NCBI RefSeq assembly: GCF_038025025.1
Contig: NW_027117347.1
Span: 1 to 64,000 of the forward strand
Origin: Phyllosticta citribraziliensis
Lineage: Eukaryota
DNA: 64,000 nt
Direction of reading: 5' to 3'
Shown: positions 35,701 to 50,856 of the stretch, in pieces
Numbering within the stretch: position 1 is the stretch's first letter
Layout: the number at the start of each line of letters is the position of its first letter
Translations under genes and position numbers: made by a program
Notes under the pieces: model-generated
Databases searched by the model: none
What the model saw: only the letters and a program-made list of their open reading frames with translations
What the model was told of the DNA's origin: nothing

Positions 35701-37169
35701 CATCTTATAGGAAACTAGCCTTACTAGCTAAGTAAAACTCCTTATTAATCTAGAATTAAAAAATTAGGTTAGCCTTCTTACTAATATCTATTCTCTTCCT
35801 ACCTTTTTTTAATAATCTTTAGTCTTTATTAATAATATATAATATAAAGGCTAATATTTTATAGACTAATTTTATTAATTTATCATGCTACCTTAATAGA
35901 TTAATCTATATAGCTATTTAGCTAGTACTAGCTAGGTATATAAGGACTTTAAAAAAAGATAGTAAAAGTATAAGGAAGATATTAAAAATACTAATAAGAT
36001 AACTAAGGAGCTCCTCTTTAAGTACTACCTAGGAGTTAGCCTGGCCTAAGGGTAAGAGTAGTTAGAGATAATAGTAGTAGTAGTATTATTACTACTCTAT
36101 AGACTAGTAATATTCTTATCTTTTTTATTAAGCTCCTTATCCTTTTCTACTAATCTATAGTAGAGAAGAAGGAGAAGAAGGGATAGCTAGCCTATAAGTA
36201 CTAAGAGGAAGAGAGGAGATAGGGATAGAGATAAATACTAGCTAAGATAAAGTAGTAGATTAATAAAGCTATTTTAGCTACTAAGTCTATTAAGATAGAA
36301 ATTATAATAAAGCTTTTATACTCTTAATCTTATATCTTATAAATAAGGCTTTATAGTTATAATAGAATACTATAGAGCTAATAGTAGTAGCACTAAAGGG
36401 GAATCTATCTACTATTATAGTAATACTAAGGAGTAGTTATCTACTATTATAGATATATTATAGAGTAATAGCCTAGTAAGACCTAGGAGTTCCTATTCCC
36501 TTTAATATATACTATAGTATATAACCTAAGGGTATAAAAGCTTAATTATATCTCTATCTTAGAGGCCTTAGCGCCTAAGTAGTATTAATAGGTTACTTAT
36601 AGGCCTTTACTAATCCCCTTTAGACTTTAGCTAATACGTCCTTAGCTTTAGCTAGCTCCTCTTTAAGCTTCTAGATTTACTCCTCCTTCTTAGCTAGTAG
36701 CTTATTCTTATTAATAATCTTCTAGTCCTTCTACTTATAGCTAGGGTAATCTTTAGGGTTATTAATAGCTTTATCCTCTTCTTTTAAGTTAATACGCGCT
36801 ATATACTAAGTATTAATTAATATACTAGAGTTACTAAACTTCTTTAAGGCTTTAATCTAGATATAGAGCTTAGTAGCCCTCTAAATAGTACTCTATATTT
36901 TACTTATATTAATAAAGGGAGGTATTTTATAGAGGTTAGTAGCTATCCTATAGTATATATAGAGGTATAATAGAAGGAGGTAGATAAAGGAGCTTACTTA
37001 AATTAAGAGATATTAAGAAGTAGACTAATTAGAGTAGTTTTATAATATTAATAGATAAATACTCCCTAGATGCCTTTACTAGACCTAATTTCTAAGTAGT
37101 AGGTTATAGGCTAATAGACGCTAAGCTAAATAGACTAGTTTATAAGTAGTAGTATAGTACTAGTAATTA

Positions 37170-37880
37170 ACCTATAATAATTCCTCTCCCTCTACTATAT
37201 ACCTTAAATATCTACTTTATATACCTCTAAAAGCCTTATCTTATAGAAAACTAAGTAAGTATCCTTTTATGCCTTAACTTCTATAGACGTGTATTTTATA
37301 GGGCCATACTAATAGAAATAGATATTATATCTAAATAGAGTAAGGCTATTTATAAGTAGTAATACTATATGCTCTATACTTTACTAATAGTCGCAGGCAC
37401 CTATAATAAACTTATAGACTACTTTACTAATATTAAGGAAGAAGACGTCTCTAAGACTCCTAATAGTAAATCTAACTAGTCTATTATTAAGGAGTTTATT
37501 AAGAAGGCTTATAAAGAAGTAAGCTAGTATAATTAGACCTCCTTTAAGGCCTATAAGCTAGAGTATAAGCTTAAGGAGCTAGAGGAGATAGTTACTAGTA
37601 GTAAGTTTTAAGCTAAAGTTATATATTATCTACTAATACTATAGATAATTTCTATAACCTTTCTAAGAAGATCTCCTACCTCTATAATAATATCTATAAA
37701 GTTATTAATAAGAATAATATAGATACTATTATATATAACTTTAAGGCTACCCTTATCCCCTAGGTTATTAAGCTTACTAAGAATAAATTAGTTATACTTA
37801 AGGAATATAAGAACCTAATTAAGGAGCTAGAGGAATTTTTATATAAGGTGTAAGGTAAGGTTAAGGATAAGGAATAGCTA
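37170..37880 (+). pseudogene. RIP-inactivated paralogue of the 27683-28125 gene
   Basis: Same intron junction (gttactagta|gtaagt is the RIP form of GCCGGCA|GTAAGT) and a similar C-terminus (EEYKNLIKELEEFL versus EDYHALLKELQVLL). Confidence 0.6.
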
Positions 37881-40800
37881 TACTAGGGCTAGTAGTACCT
37901 AGAGGTTATCTACTAACTAATAGGTAGTATAGAGGATAACTACTCCTAGGTATAGCTATTAGTAAATAGACGCTTCTTAGTATATTTATATTAAAACCTA
38001 AGGAGTAAGCATAAGTAAGTATCTATAAGAGTTAGGTATTAGTATTAAGAGTAAGTAGATAATTAAAAGCTACTAACTAAGTATCCTTAAAATTAAGTAT
38101 TATAAATAATATTATTAGATAGTAGAGGTGCCCTCTAAATACTAGGAATATAGAACTTAACTATACTTCTAGGTAGTACTACCTAGATAGTAGAGGGTTA
38201 TAGATACTATACTAAAACCTAGATATATAGTTTTTATAAGGAAAGATAATAAAAGCCCTAAAGTCTAGTAGTTTATAGGTCTAGAATAATAGAATTTACT
38301 ATTCTTAAACTATAGCTTATAACCTTATACTATAAACCTAGAGATAATAGCTTATACCTTTTTAACTACTATATACTCTTAGCTCCTCTTAACTCGCCTA
38401 GCATATAGATTACCTACTAAGGCTGCCTAATAAGGCCTAGAATAGAGCCTAGATATCTATAGGCCTAGGATCTAAGTAAGTACTATCTTTATAACCTTCT
38501 TATTTATAGTCCTAATACCTAGGTAGTAATATACTTCTAGATTATCTATACTAAAAGATAAGCTCCTTCTCTTTTACTTCTTTCTTATCTCCTCCTTCTC
38601 TTCTAACTACTAGGAGTAATATATCTAGGGAGGTTATACTAGCCTAAGTAGTAGTTATAGTAGTAGTAGAGCTACTACTATAGTTATAGCTACTAGAAGG
38701 ATTATCTTCTATCTAAATAGCTATATTATTAGTAGTAATACTATAGCTATTAGGCAGCGCGCGTATAGTAAGCTTAAGACGCAGCATTTCTCTAGTAAAG
38801 TTAGAGTTAAGGCGATAACTAACTAGGTAGATAGTATTAATACTTATATAATTTTCTCTATTCTTACTACTCTCTTTAATATTCTATATTATATAAACCT
38901 CTATCTCTTCCCTATTATATATTTATTTATTAAGCGCCTTATAGTCGATTATTCTATTTATATATTAGTAGAGTAGTAAATACTTATAATAAGACTATTT
39001 TATATATAATAGCTATAAGCTAGGATATAGAGGTAGGGTAGTAGGAGGAGAGGTAGAGATAGAGGGTAAAATAAGTAAGTAATAAAACTTAGATTATTAA
39101 TATAACTACTAGTCTAGAAAGAACTTTATATTCTTACTTAATAATATAATAAAGTATAGCCTTAGGCTTACCTACTAGACTTCTACTACTATACTTAGTT
39201 ATAAGGTTAAGCGCATCCTTACCTTTACTATCTAAGGCACATACTATAATTAGCATACTAGTTAGACTATTAGTTATAGAGAAGACATTATATTATATCT
39301 ATATAATAGTAGAAAGAAAGCTTTTATTTATCTAGGTATACTCTAGTATAAATCCCTAATATAGATAATAAAGCTAATCTAGCTAGAATATTAAGAAGTA
39401 AGGACTCGCTCCTAATTTAAACTAAGTATATAATACTAGCTAACCCCTAGTATAGATTAGAAGAAGAGGCAGTATTACTATACTATATATACTACTAATA
39501 AAGAAGACGACCTAGAAGAGGAGTATAAGGACTTTTCTAACTATAATAAAATTAATAATATCTAGAAGATTACTAATATAGACCTACTTATTATATTTAA
39601 TATTCTTAATATCCTATATAGTAAAAGGGTCGTTAATGGCCTTACTAAGGTAGAATATAGTATCTAGATAAAGAGTAGTATACTTACTAGTAGGGAGAGT
39701 AATACTATTAATAATAATAAGCTTACCTATACTATCCTACTTCTTAAATATCTTAATCTAAATAGTATAGTTAACCGGGTTCTAGATTAGATCAGCATAG
39801 TATAGGGTAATAAGGCTAGTAGGGAGCTAGAAGTAGGACCTTAATAAGATATTAATATACTATATACCCTAGCTCTAGGTTATTATAGTAGCAAGCCTGG
39901 CGCTCTTATAGCGTAAGATTAGGATAATACTATTAGGGTTAGAGAATATAAATTTATACTTAAGGACTTATAGGCTATACTAGATAACTAGCTATAGAGT
40001 AAGCACGACGTGTGCTATTTAGTTAGTACTAGTAAATAGTAAATATTAAAGGTTAGGGTGTTTACTAGGGTGCTACTTTAGTATATATAGTCTTATAATA
40101 AGGTAGCGCTTATTATACCAGATTATAGTATAGTTAGTAGTATATATAAGGTTAGTAGGTTAGAAGGTAAGAGTATAAGTAGTAAGAAGGAATTAATCTA
40201 GACTCTTTAGTTATTTTATCTTATACTATTTATAAAGGCTTTACACGCTACCCTTATAATATTCTTACTTAAACTAATAGGAGTTAGTTTACTTTAGCTA
40301 TCTTACTATTCTTCTTCTATTCTATAAATACTTACTACCTAACTTACTACTAACCTTAACCTTATTAGCTATAGGTAATAACTAGTTAGCCTACACGCTA
40401 TAGGGTAAGAGTCTATACCTAAGCTAAATACTAATAATAGTAATATACATCCTTAGCTAACTAACTTTAAGCTAGTCTTTATAGTAAGCTAAGATAATAG
40501 GAATTTATAGCTGCCTATTTTCCCTTACCTTAACCTTAAAGTAGGTTCTTATAATAGCTTATATACTATACCTTATCTATCCTAGTACTATAAGACTCTT
40601 ACTAACTAAGGGAGCATTTTAACCTATATAGCTTGTCCTCTATTATAGGCCCTCCCTATAATAAGACTCTACTAGATAGTAGAGGCATTTATACTAACTT
40701 ATACTATACTTTAATACTATAGCTAGAATCTCTTAGGCTTAACTCCTCTTATATTATAGGCTCTTTATAATAAGACCCTACTTAATAGCAGCGTTTAACC

Positions 40801-41584
40801 TAATACATATAATATATATAAAAAGACTCTTATTAACTCTTATAATACTTAGACGTCGCAACTAAATCTAGTTAAGACTATTAAAGGGAAGGCGTTACCT
40901 ATAATAGCTAGTATTAAGAGAACTATTAGGACGCGCCTAGAAAGACAACTATACTACTAGTTAAAGACTATAAGTTATACTACCTAAGGTACCCCTAGAG
41001 ATACTCTTAGAAGATAAGGTAAAAGAAGCGTAATAAGGCGTATAATAGGAGAACTAAAGTATCTATATACTAGTAGTAGAGAGTTCTAAGGGTAGCTAGG
41101 ACGCATCTAGATTAATAGGCCTAAAGCTTTTTATATACTCCTAGAAAGATAAGGGCAAATAGTATACTACCCTAACTATATATAAGTCCTAACCTAGCAC
41201 CTCTAGGAATTTATAGTATATAGCTAGAACTAAAGCCTAGTCTAGCTCTTTTAAGGATATATCTATAGCCTCCTATTATAGTATAATTAATATCTAGATA
41301 TCTAACTAGAGGGCAATAGGAGCCTTATATTAGAGCGTATAAGTATAGCCTTAGAAAATATAGAGAGGGCAGCGTTTATTACTATTAACCTACTAGTAGT
41401 ACTATTTAAGGCGTAAACTAAGAATATAGTAGCTAAAGGCTTATAGATAGATATTATATCTATAAAAGGCTAAATATAAATCCTATATATAGAAAGATCT
41501 TTATTACTAGACTAGAGCTTATAGTAATAACCTATAAAGTTCTTTAAAAGCGCCTTATTATAGATTTTATATAGATAGTAGTAT

Positions 41585-41915
41585 TATAACTAGGCACTAT
41601 AAAGCCTAGAGATAGAAGCTCTATATCTATCTAACTACTAGGTACTTCCTATACCTATAGGCCAGCGCTAGCACTTTATAGCCTTCCTTAAAGCCTTAAG
41701 GCTAGTTATATATATGCGTTATTTATAGTCTCTATTTTAGATAAAGACTTATAGTATAAGTAATAAAGGATAAAGAGGCTCTAAGAGATACTTAATAAAG
41801 GTAGGTTCTATAGATATATAGAGATTCTAGGGTCCTAGTAGAGTTTAGAATTAGCTATATAGTAAAGAATAAGATATATATAATAAGAGTACTAAACCTA
41901 GCTCTATCTAGAGTC
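41585..41915. repeat. RIP-mutated dispersed repeat, second copy at ~44640-45030
   Basis: Shared blocks agatagaagctYtataYctatctaactactaggta, aaagacttatag, gaggctctaagRgaYRcttaata, tatagatatatagag and ttagctatataStaaag. Confidence 0.75.
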
Positions 41916-42454
41916 TTAATTATACAGGTTCTACTATATAGTTAGGGACGTTTAAGACGCGCCGCATTATTAGGGGCTAGCTATATAGCCTAGGGTAAGG
42001 AAGCTAGGTACTATAAGATTAGCTATAAACTTAAGTTACTAGTTATAATTTTAATATACTAGTAAAGTAGAGCAATATAGATAAGGTTATAGTATTAAAG
42101 AGATATTATAAGATATAGGGATTAGGGGCGGCCTATACTATATAAGAACCCTAAGTAGATCCTAGCTATAGCTACTTAGTTATTTATCCTAGTATTTAGT
42201 AGATACTATAGTAATATTAACCTTCTTCCTTTCCTATATCTTCTTCTATTATCTAATTCTCTCCCTTAAATCTTATATCCTAGTAAGTAACCTAGGCTCT
42301 CTAAACTTTATACTATACTAACCTATACTAGATGTCTACTAAAACCTCCTAAGCTACTTAGGTCGCCACCTATATAGCTCTCCTTTAAGATGATATTAAT
42401 ACCCTCCTTAGCTATATATAGGAGGATAAGGCCCGCGACTCTTATAACTACTAT

Positions 42455-42650
42455 ACTAAGTATAGTAAGCTTAGTAACTATAGCATCTATAGTAGTAAGC
42501 TTTATAAGTATAAGTCTATTAACTATAGTATATACTATAGTAAGCTTTATAAGTATAAGTCCCTTAATTATAATATCTATAATAGTAAGCTTTATAAGTA
42601 TAAGTCCCTTAACTATAGCGTCTATAATAGCAAGCTTTATAAGTAGTATA
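42455..42650 (+). repeat. 45-bp (15-codon) tandem repeat in a RIP-destroyed gene
   Basis: agtaagctttataagtataagtcccttaactatagcRtctataat x4-5. Confidence 0.85.
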
Positions 42651-45600
42651 GGTATAAAAAGCTACAATTATTCTAAATTTAAATACTAATAGTAGATAGC
42701 TAAGCTAGATAAATATTAGATAATTCTATAAAGAGTAAACTTATAAGCCTTATTACTACTACTACTACTACTATACTTATAAGCCTTATTACTACTACTA
42801 CTACTACTACTACTATTATTACTACTACTAATACCCCTTACCTTTAGGCTAGGCTGCTACCCCTAGACCCTTTATATATTTATAGTAGAGAAGAAGGAGA
42901 AGGGGAGGATAGTCTATAAGGTATAAAGTATAAGTTAGGAGATAGGGGGGATAAAGAGATAATCTAGAAGCTAATAAAAATATTATAGGAGATGCTTAAT
43001 TAATATAAGATAGTCTTAGATATTACCTCCTCTATATTTAAGAGGCAGGGCTATAAGGATTAGGAGTATTATACTATATAGCTTCTTACCTTAGCCTAAG
43101 AAATAGAGGAGGGTAGGTATTAGTATTTAGTATTAGGGGCAAGTTATTATAGTTCTATAAATATATCTATAAACCCTTTAATCGCCTACTAGATTTTTAT
43201 ATAACTATTTAATTAAAAGCCTTTCTATAACCTCCTTAGTTAAATATAGTACCCTATAATACCTATAGTGACTTTTATATAAGCCTTTAGTATATTATAC
43301 CTATACTATTTATAGCGGCGTTTAAAGCCTCCTAGTAGCTTTACTAAGGGTGCGCATCTAAGCTACTAGTTATATTTAACTATTTACTAGACTAGTACTT
43401 ACTATTTATAGGAGAATCCTATATATACTTCTCTAAGAGTTTAATATAGTCCTATAGGATCTTAAGCTTTTACTTAAGTAAGTCTAATATATAGTTAGTA
43501 TAGGACTTATAGCGGCCCTTAAGCTAAACCTTATTAAGATAGAGCAGGTAGATATTATCCTTTTATTAAGTAATATAGAGTAAGTTAAGGGTATTAGAGG
43601 AGAGTATAGAGATATACTTACCTATAATACCTATAGTAGACTATATCGCGTACTAGTAGCCTATAATTATAGTAGTACCTTATCTAGCTACTATATAAAC
43701 CTATCTCTCTCTCCTAGCCCTCTACCTTATTCCTTCTTAGTCTATACTACCTATACCCTAGTATATCCTACTACTACTACTACCCCTTTCTAATCTAGAC
43801 TAACTATTCTATATAGCCTACTTCTACTCTAGTCTTTCTATTAAACTATCTAAGTAAGACTAATACTCTTCTTCCTAATATATTACTATACTAAAGATTT
43901 TAAGATGCTACTCTCTAACCTAGATACTATAGATAAGTTTATCTTAAGATTTAAAGTATATATAGATAATAGTCTAACCTTTATATCCTAATATAGTCGC
44001 GCGAGCTATATAAATAACCCTACTAGTAATAACTCTACTTCTACTACTACTACTAATAATACTAATACTAAAACTATAGACTATATTACTTCTAGTATAT
44101 CCTATACTATCTTTTCTAGAGTTAGTACTAACTATTCTAAGACTTCTAGATAAAGGATGAGCGCATCACCTAGCTTAAAGAGAAATATAAGAAAAAGGAT
44201 AAGTATATTATCTAGCTTAAGAAGGAGTTAGAGGACATTAAAGGTACTAGTTATATAGAGTAAGATTAGATTATATAGGTTATATAGATTAACTAGGTAG
44301 TAGTACTACTTCTTAGAGCCTTAAACTTATACTTATATAAGTATACTACTAGTATATAATATAATAAATAAAGGGCTTCTTTAGGGGAAGAAGGGCTATA
44401 ATTTATATATACTATAAAGTAGACCTAAATATAAAGTATTAGAGAATATAGAGAGGTAACTATAAACTCTAATATAATAATAAAGATCCTTATGCGCGTG
44501 AGATTTATATCTAGTCTTTTATAGATATAGTTTCTATAAGTTATTACCTACTATTATCTTAATTTACTCCTTAAGTAGTGCTACTAGCTAGCTAGCAGCG
44601 ATAAACGCTTTAAAGCTATAAAGCCCTTTAAAAGTGCCTTATAACTTAGCGCTATAAGGCCTAAAGATAGAAGCTTTATACCTATCTAACTACTAGGTAT
44701 CCCCTACCTCTGTGCTATCCTAGAAGTAGTAAAGATAGACTATTAAGGCTGCCTATATAGTGCTTAAATAAGGCCTTTATTATACTTTAAAGGAGCCTAG
44801 GATATCTGTAGCCTCATCTTAAGGCTAGGTTAATAGTATCTATTTTAAGAAAGACTTATAGGGTCTAAAGGTATAGGAGGCTCTAAGGGACGCTTAATAT
44901 AGATTTATAGCCTAGATAGGGTTTATAGATATATAGAGTTCCTAGGTCCTAGAAGGGTTTTAAGTTAGCTATATACTAAAGTATAAGATATAGATATTAA
45001 GGGCACTATAGATTCTAATCTAGCTCTAGCTATAGCTTAATATAGGTAAAGATTCTCTCTAGCGCTATAACTCTATATATACTACCTAGTAAGAAAGATC
45101 CTTATATACTAACCCCAGCCTAACTATATATAACAGCTTATTTTTAGAGAGTAAATTAGGCCTAGAACCCTCTATATCTAGTTATAGAAGGTAGATATTA
45201 TAGCGCGGCTAGTTATAGGGGATTCTATCCTAGTACTAGTATTAGGGCCTAAGAGGTATTAGAAAGTATAGTATAGACTTATAAGTAAACCTATAGTAAT
45301 TAAGAATTCTAAAAGATAGGTTATATTACTTAAATTATAGTAGTAATAAGGATTCGCGGCATCTTTATATAAAAATAATATAGTATTAGTAACTATAGAC
45401 CTAGAACCTAAAGAAAAACCCCCTAGTTTTAGTTAGTAAGTAGAAGAAAACTAATAATAATAGGCAGGTTTTAGAGGATTAATAAGTAGAGAAATAGGGA
45501 TCTATAGCTTATATTAGTAGTAGATCTTATAGGATTCTAAGCTATAACCCTTACTTCTAGAATATTTAAATCTTAGTAAGTTATAAAGTAATATAAAGCG

Positions 45601-47149
45601 ATATAAAGTAACTAGTTCTTAATTCTATTAAAGCTTAAATATTTATTAGATACTGCTATACAGAAAAGAGAGTCCTAGGGAAGGCGGATTTATAGATAGA
45701 AGGGTATATAAGAATTCTATTAAGGGGGTATAGATTAGTATAAAGTCTCTATAGTTAGACAGTATAGCCTAATCTTTACCTAGGTTCTCTAATATTAACC
45801 CCACTCTATATTACTAACTCTAGTAGTCTAGTAGAACATCACAATATATAGCAGCAATTATATATAGATTTAATGATATTTCTATTAAAAGGTAAACCTA
45901 TAGGCCTATAGCGCCTATTATTAAACTTATCTACTATAAAACTAATACTACTATTACTATTAACCTTAAAAGGCAAATAGACGTCCCTTTAACTACTAGA
46001 GGCGACTAGCTATTACCTATTATAATATCTATATTACTACTAGTAGTAGCCTTCTTTATAGTAGCCTTCTCTTTAGTAACCTTCTCTTTAGCACGCCTCT
46101 TTACCTTAGCCTGCTTAGTAGCCTTCTTAGTAGCCCTCTCTTAGGTAATCCTCTTTACCTTAGCCTTAATAGCGACCTACTAGCCTTCCTTAATAAGTAG
46201 TAACTTGGCACGCTTAAACTTATCTATAATACGCTTATTAAGGGCCCCTATCTTAATTAACTTATAAGTAGCATCTAGCTTAAAGGCTTTAAAAACTTTA
46301 TAGTACTTATTAATAAGGTCCTCTATACTATCTATATTCTTTTAGACTTCTACTACTACCTAGAGCTTATAGAAGCTAGTTATTTTACTATTCTTCTTTA
46401 TAAGCTTCTTAACTTCTTCCTTAATATTCTAAAGTATAACGTTTACTTTATTACTATATAACCTCTTAGTTTTAATATAAGGCTATAGCTAAGTAGTAAA
46501 TATTATAATAGAACTGCGCTCTTTTATAAAGAGGTTAATAAGCTCTAGATAAATAGCCTTTTAAGTAATAGAGGCCTCTACTATATATTTACTATTTAAG
46601 ATAAGATTATTAATCTATAGTTAAAGGTCTTTCTACTAAGCCTTATATAGCTTAAGGAGGTCGGCATACTCTATATACTTATCCTTATCTATTCCCTTAA
46701 TCTCCTTTTACTTATTATTACTTTTCTTTTCCTAGTTAGTAATAAAAGGCTATACTACTTTAATAATAGTAATAGAGTTAATATTAGTATTAGCCTAAGT
46801 ACTTATACTCTTAATAATAAGCTTATTTATATCCTTAAAGAATTTAAGCAACTTACTTAAGATATAGATAATAGGTTACTATAGAGACTTATAGGGCTTA
46901 GTAGGTAGGACTATATTAGTTAGAGAAAGGTTCTACTTAGCTATCTATAATTAAATTAGTTAAGAAATATAGGAAAGGGTAGTAGTTTCTTTATATACCT
47001 TATATTTTAGGTAGTATATAGGTAGAGCGATATTTAAGCAAGTAGTATTAGAGAGGATAATAGAGAGGAAGAGTAAGAAGATTAGTAAAGAGGGTAGTAA
47101 ATATAGTAAATACTACCCTAAGTAATAAATAATAAGTAAGGCCTAGATA

Positions 47150-50100
47150 AAAACCTAGTAAATACTAGTATATAAGTAGGTAGTTAAATACTTCTAGCGC
47201 CTATACTAGTACTCTTATCTATACTAGTACCTATCTCTATACTACTATATAGAGCTCTATTAAACCCCCTATTACTCCCTATCTATCTATTACCCTCCTC
47301 TATTACCCTCCTCTATTACCCCCTCTATTACCCCCTCTATTACCCCCTCTATTACCCTCCTCTATTACCCTCTTTTATTAACCCTTCTATTAACCCTTCT
47401 ATTATACCTAGGAGCTAATCTAGCTCTAGTAAGGGCTCTAGATCCTTAACTTATAGGACTAGGTATAGGGGTAGCCTAATACTAGATTAGGGCCTACCTC
47501 TCTTTAGTAGTAATAAGTATAAGAATAAAGAGGTATAATATTAGGCTTAAGATAAATCTATAATCTATAATAGAGATATAGATAACTAGGTGCCCTAATT
47601 CTCCCCTAAAGCTCTAGATCTAGATAAAGCTTATAGTTTAAGCTTAGACCCTAAAGATAATAAAATTATTACTTAAGGTCTATAGTTCCTAGATAATAAA
47701 AAAGCTAGAGATATAAATATTACCTAGAATAATAAGGATAAGGATATACTTAATAACTCTAAAGATAATAATACTCTATAAGCTCCTCTATAAGATTAGA
47801 ATATTATCTAGGATAAGGACATACTTAATAACCTTAAAGATAATATTATATAAGCTCTTCTATAAGATTATAATATTATCTAGGATAAGGACATACTTAA
47901 TAACCTTAAAGATAACGTTATATAAGCTCTTATATAAGATTAGTATAATAAGGAAATACTTAATATCTCTAAAGATACTAATCTACTAGGAGTCGCTCTA
48001 TAAGTCCCTATTAAGTAAGATTAAACCTAAGAATAATATATACCTATTCCTCTATCCTCTCCCCTACCTATTCTATTATTTACCCTTAATTATACTAGCT
48101 ATTAATACTATAAAAAGCGTTAGGTAGGTTATTAAGAGCTCCCTCTAGTACCCTATTAGTAATATAAAGAGCGCTAAGTTAAATATTAAGAGCTCCTTCT
48201 AGAGCCCTATTAGTAATATAAAGAGTACTAAGGATATTAAGATATCCCTCTAATACCCTATTAGTAGTATAAAGAGTACTAAGGATACTAAAATATCCCT
48301 CTAGCGCCCTACTAGTAGTATAAAGAGTACTAAGGATATTAAGATATCCCTCTAGTACCCTATTAGTAGTATAAAGAGCGCTAAGGATATTAAGAGTACT
48401 ATAAAAAGTATTAATAGGAAGTAGGATATTAAGAGCTCCCTCTAGCACCTTACTAGTAGTACTATAAAGACTACTAAGGATATTAAGAGCACTATAAAGA
48501 GTATTAATAAGAAGTAGGATATTAAGAGCTCCTTCTAGTACTACCTTAAATATACTATTTAAGGCGTCTACCTCCCTAATACCCTAGGTAGGAGAGTTAG
48601 CTAGCGCTTAATATAGAGCCTCTACTAGGTCCTATATTACTTAAGTTAGTTAAGTAGGGACTTCCTTATTAATAGCGTACTAGATAGAAGTACTAAGAGT
48701 ATTTATCTAGTAATTAGTAATAGTACTAGGAGCGTTTATCTAGTAATTAGTAATAGTACTAAGAGCATTTATCTAGTAATTAGTAATAGTACTAGGAGTA
48801 TTTATCTAGTAATTAGTAATAGTACTAGGAGTATTTATCTAATAATCTATAATAGTACTAGAAGTGTTTATCTAGTAATTATTAGAGTAGCTAATAGCCC
48901 TATAAATTATAGGATACTTACTAGCTAGCTAATTATTAAAGCTAATAGCCCTATTAATTATAAGATACTTATTAATATAGCCGCATTTATTTATCTAATA
49001 GTTATTAGAGCAGCTAATAGCCATTATAAGATACTTACTAATAGGGCTAAGTATACTTACCTAATAATTATTATAGTAGCTAACAGCTATTATAAGATAC
49101 TTACTAATAGGGCTAATTATACTTACCTAATAATTATTATAGTAGCTAACAGCCCCATTAAATTTAAGATACTTACTAGTAGGGCTAAGTATATTTACTA
49201 GCTAATTATTAGAGCCGCCAGCCCTATAAATTATAGGATACCTACTAGTAGGGCTAAATTTATTTACTAGCTAATTATTAGGGCGGCTAACAGCCCTATC
49301 TATTATAAGATACTTATTAATATAGCCGTATTTATTTATCTAATAGTTATTAGAGCAGCTAATAGCTATTATAAGATACCTACTAGTAGGGCTAAGTTAA
49401 TTTACTAGCTAATCTTTAGAGCTACTAGCCCTATCTATTATAAGCTACTTACTAAGAGACGTAAGATCCTTATTAAGGGCAAGATAACTACTAAGAAAGC
49501 TAAGCAAGCTCTATTAAAAATTATAACTATTAAGAAACTTAATATCCTAATTAAGGAGTAGAAGATCTCTAAGAAAGCTAGGTAAGTTCCTTTAAAAATT
49601 ATTAAGAGACAAGCTTAATGCGCCTTCTAGAGACTTAAAGTTACCTAGAAAGCTAAGAGAGCTAAGTAAGTTCCTCTAAAAGTCTTTAATAGCTTAGCTT
49701 AATATACTATCTAGAAAGTAAAACTTATAGAGGCCCTTACCTAGAAAGCTATAAGTCTCCTTAGTAGGTATATTTCTTAGATAGTATTAAAGTATTTTAA
49801 CTTAGCTAAAGTCCTCCTTAAGAGTCTAGTTAGTAAGAAGTAGAAGAGCGCAATATAGTAGACTAAAATAAAAGAGATTTCTAGGTTTAACTAGTAGATA
49901 AACTTAGTAGATAGCAGGAGGCTATCTAGGTAAATATAACTATAAGTACTTTAACTACTACTATAGGCCTATTAACTATAAGACTAGTAGCTAGTATAGC
50001 TATAGGCCTATTATCTACTATAGGCCTATTATCTACTATAGGCCTATTAACCGCCGCAGGCCTATTAACTATAAGACTAGTAGCTAGTATAACTATACGC

Positions 50101-50683
50101 CCTTTAGCTATATACCCTTTAGCTGCAACATCAGTCCCCTTTAGACTAGTAGATAGTGCAGCTTTAGGCCTATTAGATATAATAAGACTAGTAGGCTATT
50201 ATAGTCCTAGTATAGTTACTAGTATATCTATACCTAAAGACCTAGAACCTGGTTCTTTAGATTTAGATAATAATAAAGAGCTATTATCTAAGCCTACTTA
50301 GCCCCTATATTAGGCTAGATCTCTATTACTAGATAACGTCTAATTACCTAAGAGAGGTATAGGTAACGTACTATTTAAGATAGGGGAATAGGACTTATAG
50401 GGCCTTAACCCCTCTTAAAATATAGAAAATACACGACCGCTCTAAGAGGCTAATAGTTTTAAATATAAGTAGCTAGAATATAGCGTGTACTAGGGTAATA
50501 TAAATAACATACTAGATATCTAGTCTAGTATTTATAACCCCTTATTTAAATTACTCTCTTCCTTTATAATCCTAGATATTAATCCCTAGGTTTAACCTTA
50601 AATAGCTTAGTAGTATATAGTACTATATAAGGATAATTTAATACCGTTCCTTATTTACCTATTTAAAGATAAGGAGGCCTAAG
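47150..50683 (+). pseudogene. 5' part of a large RIP-destroyed repetitive gene, interrupted by the Gypsy element
   Basis: Successive codon-multiple repeats (69 bp at ~47730-47970, 54 bp at ~48130-48545, 33 bp at ~48700-48880, 18 bp at ~50000). The reading frame continues across the TSD (FEDKEAQ|AKKKNLD after de-RIP). Confidence 0.65.
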
Positions 50684-50856
50684 TATTATAAGTTTAGTTA
50701 GGATATCTTTTTTTAAGTAAGGATTATATTATTATTATCTCTATCTTAGCCCTAGAGCCCTACTTATTCTTATCTACTTACTTATACTATTAAGCCTACT
50801 AGCTAGTACCTACCTTACTTACCTAAGGCGTCCCTAACTATCTATAGACTATAATA
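50684..50856 (-). repeat. LTR (3' LTR in element orientation)
   Basis: TATTATA...TATAATA, the RIP form of TG...CA ends. Near-identical to 62293-62465. Confidence 0.95.
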